DNA from: Heterodontus francisci
Taxonomy: Eukaryota
Assembly: GCF_036365525.1 (NCBI RefSeq)
Contig: NC_090404.1
Coordinates: 4,464,001-4,528,000, forward strand
Length of the DNA: 64,000 nt
Direction: 5' to 3'
Of this stretch, positions 11,231 through 23,619 are shown piece after piece. A model generated the notes under the pieces. It had not been told where the DNA came from, made no database searches, and saw only the letters and a list, made by a program, of their open reading frames with translations. The number at the start of each line of letters is the position of its first letter. Positions within the stretch are counted from its first letter, which is position 1. The translations under genes and the position numbers were made by a program.

Positions 11231-12807
11231 AACAGAATGGGCTCATATCATTACACGGAGTTATTATTAAATGTGAACTTTTTATCGGTATCCAGGGATA
11301 GTTAGTTGGCTGTGTGGTTTCAATGCAATGTGTTACTTGGTACTAAATGGAACTGTTGCAGTGAGGAATGTGTCAGTAATAAATAATTTCACTGTGGACT
11401 GTGAATTAAACCCCTTTATTTCCTCAACTCATCACAGGGGATGTGAATCGTTAAGATTAAATTACGTTACCAAGGTCTAAAGTTACTGATAGTATGTATC
11501 AATTCATCTCCTTTCGATCCATACCAGTGAAGTATCCCCGATAATTTGAATTGTTATCAATTTATGCAATTAAATGCGGGACATAAGTAAAGTGATTTTA
11601 TTTTCAATTTGAATGGCTGTAGTTATACGATTTAGGATCAGAATGAATAAAAACGCCTCGTATTATACAAGTCTCTCTCTCTCTGTCTGCATTTCTCGAG
11701 CTGCTCCTGACGCCAGTCCTTTTAAAATGACCGAATACAGAAGTCCGCAATCCTTGACACGTAAAATTCATATTAGCTTTTGAAAAAGAGAATCTAGTGA
11801 ATCAGAATCAATACGGTAATTAGGAAATCTATCCCTGATACCCAGATCATTGCAGCTAACATTAATAACGACAGACTGTTTAACACGCACTGGTATCAGG
11901 AACACAGTATATCAGGACTTAAAGCTATGCTCCAAAATATCACAAAAAGAAACGCTTTATTTGTTGTGGAAACGGATCACAAACTGGGCATTTCTCTAAC
12001 CACTGATATCTCCACTGAGAGGGATGGATATGCAATCCAAATTATCAGATATTAAACTGTCCACAGCTGTTGTCAGCAATGAAAGAGTCTTTATAGTTTG
12101 AATGTGATACACAGCTCTGTGAGAAAATTCAAGGAAATGCAGCGGCTTCAGAGCAATTCCACCTATTTCTTTATTTAATATACGATTCCCAATTTTCTAT
12201 TTCCGATGTGGGTGTGGGGGTCATTAAAATCTCTCTCTAGAACTTCATGCAGTAGAAATAAATGGACTTAATGATTCAGAATAATATTTAATTGTCACGT
12301 GTCAATTTATTATTTTGCGCTCCCAGTTTATAATGATATGAGCAGTGAGTTTACCGAAAATTATTCTTTAGACGTGATACCGTGAAATGATTTATTTTTT
12401 GTAAGAGCGCTGCTGAATAGTTAATATTTAAATGGTTAAATGCCATCTTTGTCCATTCATATTCACACTAATCTGCCCCACACAGTATTTGGCACCAACC
12501 CAGCCGACTGCCATCAGGGAGACTCAAACAGCAATGTCATTTACAGGAAGCATCTGGGGTTCTGTGCAGTAAATCAAAGATCTGTTTCCTCGTTCCTGAC
12601 TGCTTGGCTACAAACCAACTTCAAACCCTTACCATTGTCAATGAGGCCTATTGATAAACAAATCTGCCCAGCAACAATGCTGGAGTTAATTTTATTTTTT
12701 TCAGTTGCTTACCGAGGTGAACTGTTCCCATCTCTCAGCAAAGGAAATATATCCACTGTCTCAGACACCCTTTTAGACCAACAGTCTGAGGAACTGTGCA
12801 GCATATC

Positions 12808-13167
12808 NNNNNNNNNNNNNNNNNNNNNNNNNNNNNNNNNNNNNNNNNNNNNNNNNNNNNNNNNNNNNNNNNNNNNNNNNNNNNNNNNNNNNNNNNNNNN
12901 NNNNNNNNNNNNNNNNNNNNNNNNNNNNNNNNNNNNNNNNNNNNNNNNNNNNNNNNNNNNNNNNNNNNNNNNNNNNNNNNNNNNNNNNNNNNNNNNNNNN
13001 NNNNNNNNNNNNNNNNNNNNNNNNNNNNNNNNNNNNNNNNNNNNNNNNNNNNNNNNNNNNNNNNNNNNNNNNNNNNNNNNNNNNNNNNNNNNNNNNNNNN
13101 NNNNNNNNNNNNNNNNNNNNNNNNNNNNNNNNNNNNNNNNNNNNNNNNNNNNNNNNNNNNNNNNNNN
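12808..13167. other. Assembly gap (360 N)
   Basis: Run of N. ORFs spanning it are artefacts. Confidence 1.
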
Positions 13168-13387
13168 GAGAAAATACATTCTGTAATTGATAAACATGCT
13201 TGTTTGCGTGGATGGAGGCATAGCTGCAACGATGCAGGGATGACTAGATAGTTGGATGGCTGAATAAAAGCAAAATACTGCTGATGCTGAAAATCTGACA
13301 TTAAAGTGGAAAGTGTTGCACATACTCAGCAGGGCTGGCAGCAACTGTGGAGAAAGAAACAGAGTTAACATTTAACGTCTGTGCACT

Positions 13388-13690
13388 AGGTGACACAGTG
13401 GCGCAGTGGTTAGCACTGCAGCATCACAATTCCAGTGACCTGGATTCGGGTACTGCCTGTGTGGAGTTCTCCTTGTGACCGCGTGGGCTTCTGCCGGGTA
13501 CTCTGGTTTCTTCCCACAGCCAAAGACTTGCAGGTCGATGGGTAAATTGGCTATTGTAAATTACTGCCAGTGTGGGTATGTGGTAGGGAATATGGGATTA
13601 ACGAAGGATTAGTATAAATGGGTGGTTGTTGGTTGGCACAGACTCGGTGAGCCGAAGGGCCAGTTTCAGTGCTGTTTGCTTCTCCATAAA
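13388..13690 (+). mobile_element. tRNA-derived V-SINE (HE1-like), inserted in a Penelope terminal repeat
   Basis: Head TGGCGCAGTGGTTAGCACTGC, V-domain GTGTGGAGTTCTCC...GGTTTCTTCCCACA, CR1-type tail. Confidence 0.8.
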
Positions 13691-14721
13691 CTTTCATCAG
13701 AACTGGCAAAGGTTGGACATGTAATAGGCTGTGTGAAAGTGGTGGGGTTGGTGAGGAATAGAACAAAAGGGAAGGTTTGGCACTGAGCAGAAGAGATCTC
13801 CTGAATGTCTAAACGTTTTGTTTCACGTACTGATGAACAGATTGATGGATGCGTGGAATGAACTGATGGACAGATAGATAGATGGGCCTGAAACATGCTG
13901 TTCTACAACCACATCTTTGTGATTGACTACTCCTAACAGGAAGCCGCCTCTTTACATCATTTGCATTACTTTGACGCCTTCCAGTTCTTCCTGATTTTCT
14001 GGATCATTTCAATCCCTCGGATATCCAGAAGTAACGAGATCAATTCACAAAAAGCCTGGTGATATCCCTGCGGTATCTCTACTAATGGGGCACATTTATC
14101 ACAAAGATATAAAGGGAGAATATGAATGGGTTATGAAGGGACGATTGTAATATTTCTGAACATGTGGTCCTTTCATGTACATCAAAGCACTCAACTCGAA
14201 TTACTTCAAACACATCAGCAATATAGAAAATCATTGGATACATTTTCCACTTCTCTCTGTAAATACTTATTCCTCTGTTATACTCGTCCATTCACGCCAT
14301 TCTAAAGAACACAGATAAAAGGAGAATAAACTGTAACTTTCTTCACCGCCATATATTCATTGTAAGTCATTGGCCACAGTGAAATATAACATGTGGGTAG
14401 AGCACACTGTGGTCCCAAATTCAAATGTCCTTAACTCCTTCAGCCACATTTCCCAGAGCCTCTCCATTTAGTCCATTCATGCACTATTGTTCACGAGTTC
14501 AGTACATCAGTGAGATTTACTGAGGCTGATGGTATCGGGTCACTGTGATAAGAACATAAGAAATAGAGGCAGGAGTAGGCCATTCAGCTCCTCAAGTCTG
14601 TTCCGCCATTTAAGAAGATCATGGCTGATCTTGTTGTGGCCTTAACACCACTTTCTTGCTTGCCCCGAAACCCTCCCCCACCAATCCCCGATAACCCTTG
14701 ATTCCCTTGTCGATCAAAAAT

Positions 14722-14967
14722 GGGTGACCATGATATCATTATCGATTGTTGTGAAGACCCATCTGATGCACTATTGTCATTTAGGGAAGGAAATGTGCTG
14801 TCCTTATCTGGTCTGGACTGCATGTGACTCCAGACCCACGCCGATGTGGTTGACTCTTAACTGTCCTCTGAAATGGACTAGACAGCCACTCAGTTCAAGG
14901 GCAATTAGGGATGGGCAATAAATGCTGGCCTATCCAGCGACGCCCACATCACAGGAACAAATTAAAA
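14722..14967 (+). mobile_element. SINE 3' part sharing its tail (GGCAATTAGGGATGGGCAATAAATGCTGGCC) with the LINE family at 45.6 and 62.5 kb
   Basis: Homologous to 37730-38095. The same tail is seen at 18.1, 40.5 and 45.6 kb. Confidence 0.7.
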
Positions 14968-15367
14968 ATTGGTTGAATATTACAGTGCAATTCCCAGAAT
15001 GGCAGAGTTATTCTCGTGTTGGATTCAAGGTCACACCCACAGACAGTGACTGTACTAACTATAACAAAAACAAAAAGTGCTGGAAAAGCTCAGCAGATCT
15101 GGCAGCATCTGTGGAGAGAGAAGCAAAGTTAACGTTTCAGGTCTGTGACCTTTCATCAAAACTGGCAAAGTTTAGAAAAGAATTTCCTCCTGCACTCTGT
15201 ACTGACTACCTGCCGTTCTGTACCATACGGGGGATTGACCTGAGAGGTCCGGACTCTGCCTGATTTCACACTGTATCTATAATGGAAGTTTAACATTTGA
15301 ATGCCTGGAGTTCCATTTACTTATTCCTCCTTGATCTATATTTTAATGAGCAATGACCCTTGATCAT

Positions 15368-15845
15368 CAGCCGTGGCTTTGTTGGTACCACTCTCCGCTC
15401 TGAGTTTGCAGGTCCAAGTTTCATGTTCTACTCTAGGACCTGAGCACAAAAATTACACTGGAACTACAGTGGATGCTGCACTGTCAGAGGTATCGTCTTT
15501 CGGATGGGACAAGAACCCAAGGCGCTGTCTGCTCTCTCACGTGTGAAGGATCCCATGGCACTATTTCGAACAAGTGCCGGCGAGTTTTACCAGGTGTTCT
15601 GATCAGTATTTGTCCCTCAACCGACCTCACAAAAACAGACTATCTGGTCATTACCGTATTGCTGTTATTGGAGGGGCCGAGTGGCCTGCTGCTGCTCCCA
15701 ATTCACATGTTCGTATGTTTGCTGTGTGCAAATTGGCTGCTGCATTTCCTACATTCCATCAGTGATGGTAGTTCACAAGTAGATCATTAGTTGCAACGTT
15801 TTTGAGACGCCCTGTGGTCGTGAAAGGCCCGAGAGAAATGCAACA
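15368..15845 (+). mobile_element. DeuSINE (SacSINE1-like)
   Basis: Deu-domain-like GTCTTTCGGATG...GATCCCATGGCACTATTTCG; homologous to 30340-30790. Confidence 0.7.
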
Positions 15846-16159
15846 ATTTTTGGTCTTTTTTACTAACGATAGTTGTAAAAAGGAGTGATGGATTGAGCAA
15901 GTAAATCGTACACTGCTCGAATGATAAAGCTGAGAAGGAGGCCATTCAGCCTTACAGGACTGTACCAGCTCTTTGACAAACTATCCAATTATTCCACTCC
16001 ACCCTGCTATTTCGCCAAAACCGTGCATTCTTTTTCCATTTGAAATATCTATGAAATTCCCTTTCAAAAGTTATTGTTCAATCTACTTCCCCCCTTTCAG
16101 GAATTGCATTCCAGATCATATCAATTTCCTCTGTCATTTGCCTTCCCCCTCATATCGCC

Positions 16160-17430
16160 TAGAGTCATAGAATTAGAGAGTCATTTACGGCACAGACGGA
16201 AGCCATTCGGCCCATCGAGTACATGCTGGCTCTCCACAGAGCTTTTCAGTCAGTGCCCCACTGCCCCACCCGATCCTCGTAGCCCTGCAAGTCTATTTCC
16301 TTCAAATGACCATCCAATTTCCTTTTGAAGTCATTTAATGTCTCTGCTTCCACCACCTTTGTGGACAGCAATTTCCAAGTCATTACCACCCGCTGTGTTA
16401 CAGCGTTCCTCTTCATATTCCCCTTGCATCTATAGCCCAAAGCCTTCATTCTGTGTCCCCTAGTCCTTGTAGCATTAGTTAATGTGAACGACTTTTCCTC
16501 CTCTAATATAAAATAAAACAAGAAATGCTGGAAATACTCAGCAGTATTTATACTCAGAACGGTATGTTAATGCCTTTGTTCCATGACCATCTGGTCAGTT
16601 ATTCTCTGTGATCCTATCTTATCAACACCTTCACCTTTGTTATCTCTTGCCCCACCCCCGCTTTACTTGCTTAAAAACTTTTACATTTCTAATATTTGTT
16701 AGTTCTGATGAAGGGTCACTGACCTGAAACATTAACTCTGTTTAACTCTGCACAGATGCTGCCAGACCTGCTGAGTATATCCAGCATTTCTTGTTTTTAT
16801 TTCAGATTTCCAGCATCTGCAGTATTTTGCTTTTATTTTCCACCTCTAACTTGCCTAAATCTGTCATAATCTTGCACATGTCTATTAATCTCCACTCAAC
16901 CTCTTTTGTTTGAAGAAGAATAAGCTCAGTTTTTCCAACTTGTCCTTGTCACTAAAATCCTCCATCCCCAGAACTATTCTAATAAATCTCTCTCAAGGAC
17001 CCTCACATGCTTCCAAAAGTGTGGTGACCAGAAATGGACGCAATACTCCAGTATTGGCCTGACCAGAGCTTTAAAAATGTTCAGCGTAACTTCCCTGATT
17101 TTGTACTCAATACCTGTGTTTATGAAGCCCAAGATCCCATATGCTTGACTAACCACTCTCTCAAGATGTTGTGCCACCTTCAAAGATCAATGCACATGCA
17201 TCCCAATGTCCCCCTGTTCCTGTACACTCTTTAGAACTATGCCATTAAGTAAATGCTGCCTCTCCCTTTTCCTTCTGCAAAAATGAATCACCCGCCACTT
17301 GTCTGTCCACTCTGCTGACCTATCTATGACCTGTTGCAGTCGTTATATATCATCCTCACTATTTGCCATACCTCCAAGATTGATGTCATATGCAAATTTG
17401 GAGATTCTACTCCATATTCCAAGATCCAAG
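16160..17430 (-). mobile_element. CR1 LINE 3' fragment interrupted by a Penelope terminal insert (16508-16835)
   Basis: ORF pieces LVRPILEYCVHFWSPH and TRTRGH...QRVV. Confidence 0.85.
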
Positions 17431-17624
17431 TCCACGCAGCTTTTGGTTATTTTGCTATTTATCTTGAATTTTTGTCCTCTCGTTATCAACCGTTCTCCCA
17501 CTGGAAATATTTACAATTTACATATTCTATCAAACGCACCAAGGCTCCTCAGACAGCACCTTGCAAACCCACAACCTCTACGACCTCGAAGGACAAGAGT
17601 ACCAGATGCATGGGACCATCACAG

Positions 17625-17945
17625 GGTGGCACAGTGGGGCAGTGGTAAGCACCACAGCTTCACAGCTCCAGCGACCCGGCTTCAATTCTGGGTAGTGCCT
17701 GTGTGGAGGTTGTAAGTTCTCCCAGTGATGTTTCCTCCCACATCCAAAAGACTTGCAGGTTAATAGGTAAACTGGCCATTATAAATTGTCCCTAGTATAG
17801 GTCGGTGTTCGGTGAATATCGAGATAGGTGAGGATGTGGTAGGAATATGGGATTAGTGTAGGATTGGTATAAATGGGTGGTTAATGGTCGGCTCAGACTC
17901 GGTGGGCCGAAAGACCTGTTTCAGTGCTGTATATCAAAATCAAAT
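17625..17945 (+). mobile_element. V-SINE (HE1-like) nested in a LINE tail (17530-18190)
   Basis: Homologous to 13388-13690. The host LINE sequence resumes on both sides. Confidence 0.75.
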
Positions 17946-19642
17946 CACCACCTGCAAGTTCCCATACAAATCACACAACATCCTGACTTGGATCTATATC
18001 GCTGTTCCTTCACTGTCGCTGGGTCAAAATCCTGGAACTCCCTTCCTAACAGCACCTTGGGTGTAGCTACCTCACATGAACTGCAGTGGTTCAAGAAGGC
18101 AGCTCATCACCACCTTTTCAATGGCAATTAGGGATGGGCAATAAATGCTGGCCGAGCCAGGGATGCCCACATCCCATGAATAAAAAAAAATCAAAACTTC
18201 TCTATGAAATCTCCTTTTAACCTTTTCTTCTCTCAGCAGAACAAACTTTGCTGCTTCAGTCTCTCCATCTAACAGAAATCTTTATCCTTGGTACCATTTT
18301 AGAACATTTTTCTGGACCATCTCCAAGGCCTTGATGTCTTTCTGAAAAAGTGGTACCCAGAAATGAACACAATACTCCAGCTGAGGCCTACTGGTGTTTT
18401 GTAAAAGTTTAGCATAATCATAATTTTTCTGCTGGAGTCGTCTATGACTTGATGCAATGAGAACTGAGGTAAGGGCTAATGTAATATAAACAGATGGATG
18501 GTGCGGTGTAGTAATAACTGAGAGAGGATCTAGTGCAATATAAATTGACACATTATGCAATGCAAGAATAAAAGAGACATTGTCCAGCGTAATATAGATG
18601 GATATGTGACATTGAGTAATATAAACAGCGGAATCATTTTGTGTAATAGGTTTAGAGCCATGCTTAAATATATTACATGTTCGGCAATTACGTTTTGAAT
18701 AGAAGGAAATAAATGCTAAAATATAATTTGTGACGGTAATTATCCATCTTTGTTGAATCCATTGAGAAGTATTAATAATGATGTGCTTTCTACACAAACG
18801 CACACATTTTACATATACACATATACAATTACATATACATGTACACTTACATGTGTGTTTGTGTGTGCTCGATTAGTTTTCAGTTGTTCCCATCTAGCAG
18901 CTGAGAGCTATGGAATTAGGTTAAAGTTACACTAGACTCTGCCTCCTTTGTTACTGCACTAGACACTGCTGCAGTTTATATTACAGTAGACATTATCTCA
19001 GTTGGCATTGCATTAGACATCTCTTTGTTTATTTTGCACACGACTCATTCTAGTTTACTGCTGCACTTGACCATGCTTCAACTTATATTACACAAGGCCC
19101 TGCCTCAGTTGTTTCTGCAATGCACCATATCTCTGTTTATATGACACTGGACTCTGTCCCAGCATACTACATTAGACCATGTGCAGTTATTACTGCAGGA
19201 GACCATTTGTCTGTTTATAATACATAGGCTTTGCTCAGTTGTTACTACTAGATCATGTCCCACTTATATTACACGAAATCCAATCCCACCAAGATTGTAC
19301 TAGACCATGTTGCTTTTTATATTATGCTAGGTCTTGTCCCAGTTATTACTGCAGCAGCCCATCGGGTTGTGTTTTGTGGTCACGGTTCCAGACTCTGTCT
19401 GACACCGGCATTAGGTCAGACGAAACCTCAATAGAAAATCCCGCAGGGAAAACAATTCTTAACAATAGAAAGGAATTGTGAAAATTATCACAGTACAACA
19501 CAAGTGATGGATTCGTAAACTTCAACACAACAGAATTTGTCAGTAAGCAGTGTAAATTGCTTAATTTTAGTCCTATCCCTCAACCCAGTTCATCTCTGGG
19601 AGATTGTCACAAGATTCGCCCCATCCTTTCAACAAAAATATT

Positions 19643-20914
19643 GGTCATGTCTTACCAACTTAATAGAATTCTTTGAGGAAGTGACAAAGTTGATTGATGA
19701 GGGAAGTGCTGTAGATGTCATATACATGGACTTCAGTAAGGCGTTTGATAAGGTTCCCCATGGTAGGCTGATGGAGAAAGTGAAGTCGCATGGGGTCCGG
19801 GGTGTACTAGCTAGATGGATAAAGAACTGGCTGGGCAACAGGAGACAGAGAGTCGTAGTGGAAGGGAGTTTCTCCAAATGGATACGTGTGACCAGTGGTG
19901 TTCCACAGGGATCCGTGCTGGGACCACTGTTGTTTGTGATATACATAAATGATTTGGAGGAACGTATAGGTGGTCTGATTAGCAAGTTTGCAGACGACAC
20001 TATGATTGGTGGAGTTGCAGATAGTGAAGGGGACAGTCAGATAATACAGCACAATATAGATAGATTGGAGACTTGGGCAGATAAATGGCAGATGGAGTTC
20101 AATCAAGGCAAATGTGAGGTGATGCATTTTGGAAGATCCAATTCAATAGTGAACAATACAGTAAATGGAAAAGTCCTGGGGAAAATTGATGTCCAGAGAG
20201 ATTTGGGTGTTCAGATCCATTGTTCCCTGAAGATGGCAACGCAGGTCAATAGAGTGGTCAAGAAGCATCCGGCATGCTTTCCTTCATCGGACGGGGTATT
20301 GAGTACAAGGGTTGGCAGGTCATGTTCCAGTTGTATAAGACTTTGGTTCGGCTACATTTGGAATACTGCGTGCAGTGCAGGTCGCCACATTACCAAAAGG
20401 ATGTGGATACTTTGGAGAGGGTGCAGAGGAGGTTCACCAGGATGTTGCCTGGTATGGAGGGCACTAGCTATGAAGAGAGGTTGAGTAGATCAGGATTATT
20501 TTCATTAGAAAGACGGAGGTTGAGGGCGGACCTGATTGAGGTGTACAAAATCAAGAGAGGTTTCGACAGGGTGGATAGCAAGAAGCTTTTTCTCAGAGTG
20601 GGGGATTCAATTACTAGGGGTCACGAGTTCAAAGTGAGAGGGGAAAAGGTTAGGGGGGATATACGTGGAAAGTTCTTTCCGCAGAGGGTGCTGGGTGCCT
20701 GGAACACGTTGCCAGCGGAAGTGGTAGACGCGGGCACGATCGCGTCTTTTAAGATGTATCTAGACAGATACATGAATGGGCAGGAAGAAAAGAGATACAG
20801 ACCCTTAGAAAATAGGCGGCATGTTTCGACAGAGGATCTGGATCGGCGCAGGCTTGGAGGGCCGAAGGGCCTGTTCCTGTGCTGTAATTTTCTTTGTTCT
20901 TTCTTTGTTCTTTG
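19643..20914 (+). mobile_element. Young 5'-truncated CR1 LINE (RT and 3' UTR)
   Basis: [25 protein letters not shown] motifs; ttctttg-repeat tail; TATT duplicated at both ends; near-identical to 58140-58866. Confidence 0.92.
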
Positions 20915-21199
20915 TATTACCCACATAATACCAGAGCAATTAGAAATTGCACACCACTGCTTATCGCTATGAACAAGATTAAACATATTCTTACAACCAA
21001 AAATGATTGCACCACACATAGACATATATTTTCATTTATATTCCTATCCATCTATCTATAGAACTGTTAAATGGTCTGGTGCCGTAAAATAACTGAGACA
21101 CGGCCTCGTATAAACAAAAGACAAAGACATGGTTTAATGTAATTAAACAGAGTTATGGTTTAATGCGATATTCAATTCAATTCAATACCATTTTATTGA

Positions 21200-21643
21200 T
21201 GATAAGATGAATTGGAGAGAACAGAGTGGAGATGTGGTGGCCAAGTGACATACACCAATATACTACTCAGAAAATTAAAATCCTTTTGAGTAGAACCCGT
21301 AATCATGAAACTCTTCTATACAGTTGTTGTTTTGGGTGCTGTCCTTTTTGGATGTCTTTCCTGGTACTGTTGTCTTCGGAATGTAGATACTTTAAGTGTA
21401 CAGAGATTTCTGAACCAAGCAGGAATGGTAGTGATGAGCAGATATTTCTTGGCAACATCTGCTCTCAAAGAATTTGTACAAAAGAACATTATGAACAGTA
21501 AGAATCGCCCCTTGTCTCAATTTTACTTTTCAAAGCGTTCAGGGAAAAGGCTACAATCCCTTAAACGTAGGACAAATCGGTTCTTGAACTCGTTCGTGCT
21601 TTTCTCTGAAATAACTTTTAACGGGAGCTTGATAAATGGATGA
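21200..21643 (+). mobile_element. Rex1/Babar-type non-LTR retrotransposon 3' ORF fragment
   Basis: KLFYTVV...FGCLSWY...RSGKRLQSLKRRTNRFLNSF resembles the C-terminal region of Rex/Babar ORF2. Confidence 0.6.
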
Positions 21644-22829
21644 CCATATCCATTCATTAAGGGACTCATTGATTATTTTCATGTATTGAAATTAGTTTTA
21701 AACATCTATTTTAATCAACTTAGACTTTGTGTGATAGGGTAATTTTCTTTCTTTTTATTGCTATTGTCCATATGCAATTTTAAAGTGTGCAATGTTATTC
21801 CGATCGAGCAGCTGAGAGTTATGGCATTAGCTGGATTTTAGCATCCTGCACCAGCCCATCTGGCGGTGCTGTGTGGTCACGGTTCCAGACCCTGTCTGAC
21901 ACAGTCAGTTGGTCAGATGAAAGCTAAACAGAATATCCTGCAGGGAAAACATCCCTCAGCAATAAAAGGAATCTGTGAGCAATTTTCACAGTACAACACA
22001 ACAGTGAATTCGTAAACTTTAACACAAAGTTTATCACTAAGTAGAGTAAAGTTCATTACACCTTTAGTCTGGTCCCTCAATCCCAGTTGATCGCTGGGAG
22101 ATGGTTACATTACGCCAGTTGACGCTGACCATTGTTTGTAAAATTTAGCAACATCATTATTTTTCTACTCGTCATCTACGGCCTCGTGAAATGAGAAATG
22201 AAACAAGGCCTATTTTAAATATAAACAGATACATGGTCCGGTAGTACACATTACATTACACTCGGCCCTGTTTACATTACATTTGGCCCTATTTCTGTTG
22301 ATGTTCCTGTGGTCTTGTCTCAGTTTTAAATGCAGAAACGTTTGACTCTTAGTATAGCAAACAAGATTCTGTCTCAGTCATTACTGCACTAGGCCAACTC
22401 CCTCTCTCTCTCCCTCTCTGTTTATAATGCACCACCTCCTCTCCCAGTTACTAAACCATGTCTCTATTTCCATTGCTCCAGACCCTGCCTCTGTTATTAC
22501 TCAACTAAATTAATTCTGCTGATATTTCACTGTCCCAGTTTATGTTACTGGAGATGCTGCCTCCTTTATTGTTGCACTAGACTACGCTTCTACTCACATT
22601 TCACAAGGCCCTTTCTCACGTGTTACTACACTGGGCCATATCTCTGTTTCTATTAAGCAAAGCCCTGTCTCAGCTTACAACATCAGACCATGTGCTGTTA
22701 TTAGTGTAGGAGACCATTTCTCTGTTTATAATACATATTGAATTAAGTAAATGCTTTAAAAATTGGTGACGATAATTACTTATATTTATGGAGTTGAAAA
22801 CAATATGGTGTGCTTTGCACAGATACAAA

Positions 22830-23400
22830 TGGGGTTACTTTGGTGAGAGAGTGAAACCAGGGGCTAAATGGGGACTGTGCTAATGAAAAGCCCTTGTTTG
22901 AATGTCTGCATTTAGCACCCAATTTCCATCTAATTGCTGATTGCCATAAAATTGAACTTGTCTGGAAATGCTAAACCAGAGACCAGCAGGTTCAGCACTC
23001 AGGTGCTGATTAACCACAATATTATTTAATCAATATATGTGGGCTCCATGCACGCACTTCTACTATAAGTGTGAGGTTGGCGGCCTGACACACGGTAACA
23101 AGTTTCAGGGTGGCTCAGGAACCAACTGAGTGGCTGCACAGATTCTCAGAAATCCTTGTAGGTCCTGGTGGAGGAGATCCAGGAGAGGAGGGATGTCCTG
23201 TACCCGCAATGTACCCTTCTGTCTCACTATCCTGCAGCAGCTGGTGCAACTCTGCCTGGCCTCATTTCCTCCTCCCATTCGTACACCAGGATGCCGATGA
23301 CCTCGCTGTGAAGGCCATTCCTTGAGAGGCAGGTTCTGCCACAAGTGGCGGAACCCCTTCAACCAAGATCAACAAATTAAACGAACAAACGTTCAGCCAT
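22830..23400 (+). mobile_element. PIF/Harbinger-like transposon relic (Myb/SANT-like ORF)
   Basis: Frameshifted MAQ...RFSE-SL*VLVEEIQERRDVLYP and KWRNPFN resemble Harbinger Myb-like proteins. Confidence 0.5.
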
Positions 23401-23619
23401 CTTGCTCTATTACAAATTTCTCTGTGCAGAAATCGGCCACATTCATCTGGAATTAGTTGCACTTCAAATTTTGGGACCTCCTAGAGAAGGTGATGGGCTG
23501 GTACATCAACGCAAGTTGTTTCTTGGTGTATTAATATCAGAAGCAGTAACTGACATCGACATTTTCACAAGACGAGCAATGGCCAAACACAACCACAAGG
23601 TGTCAGTGAAAGCCCGATT

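Noticed and set aside
12440-13371. Long ORFs in the track
   Set aside because: They run through the N gap and are artefacts.
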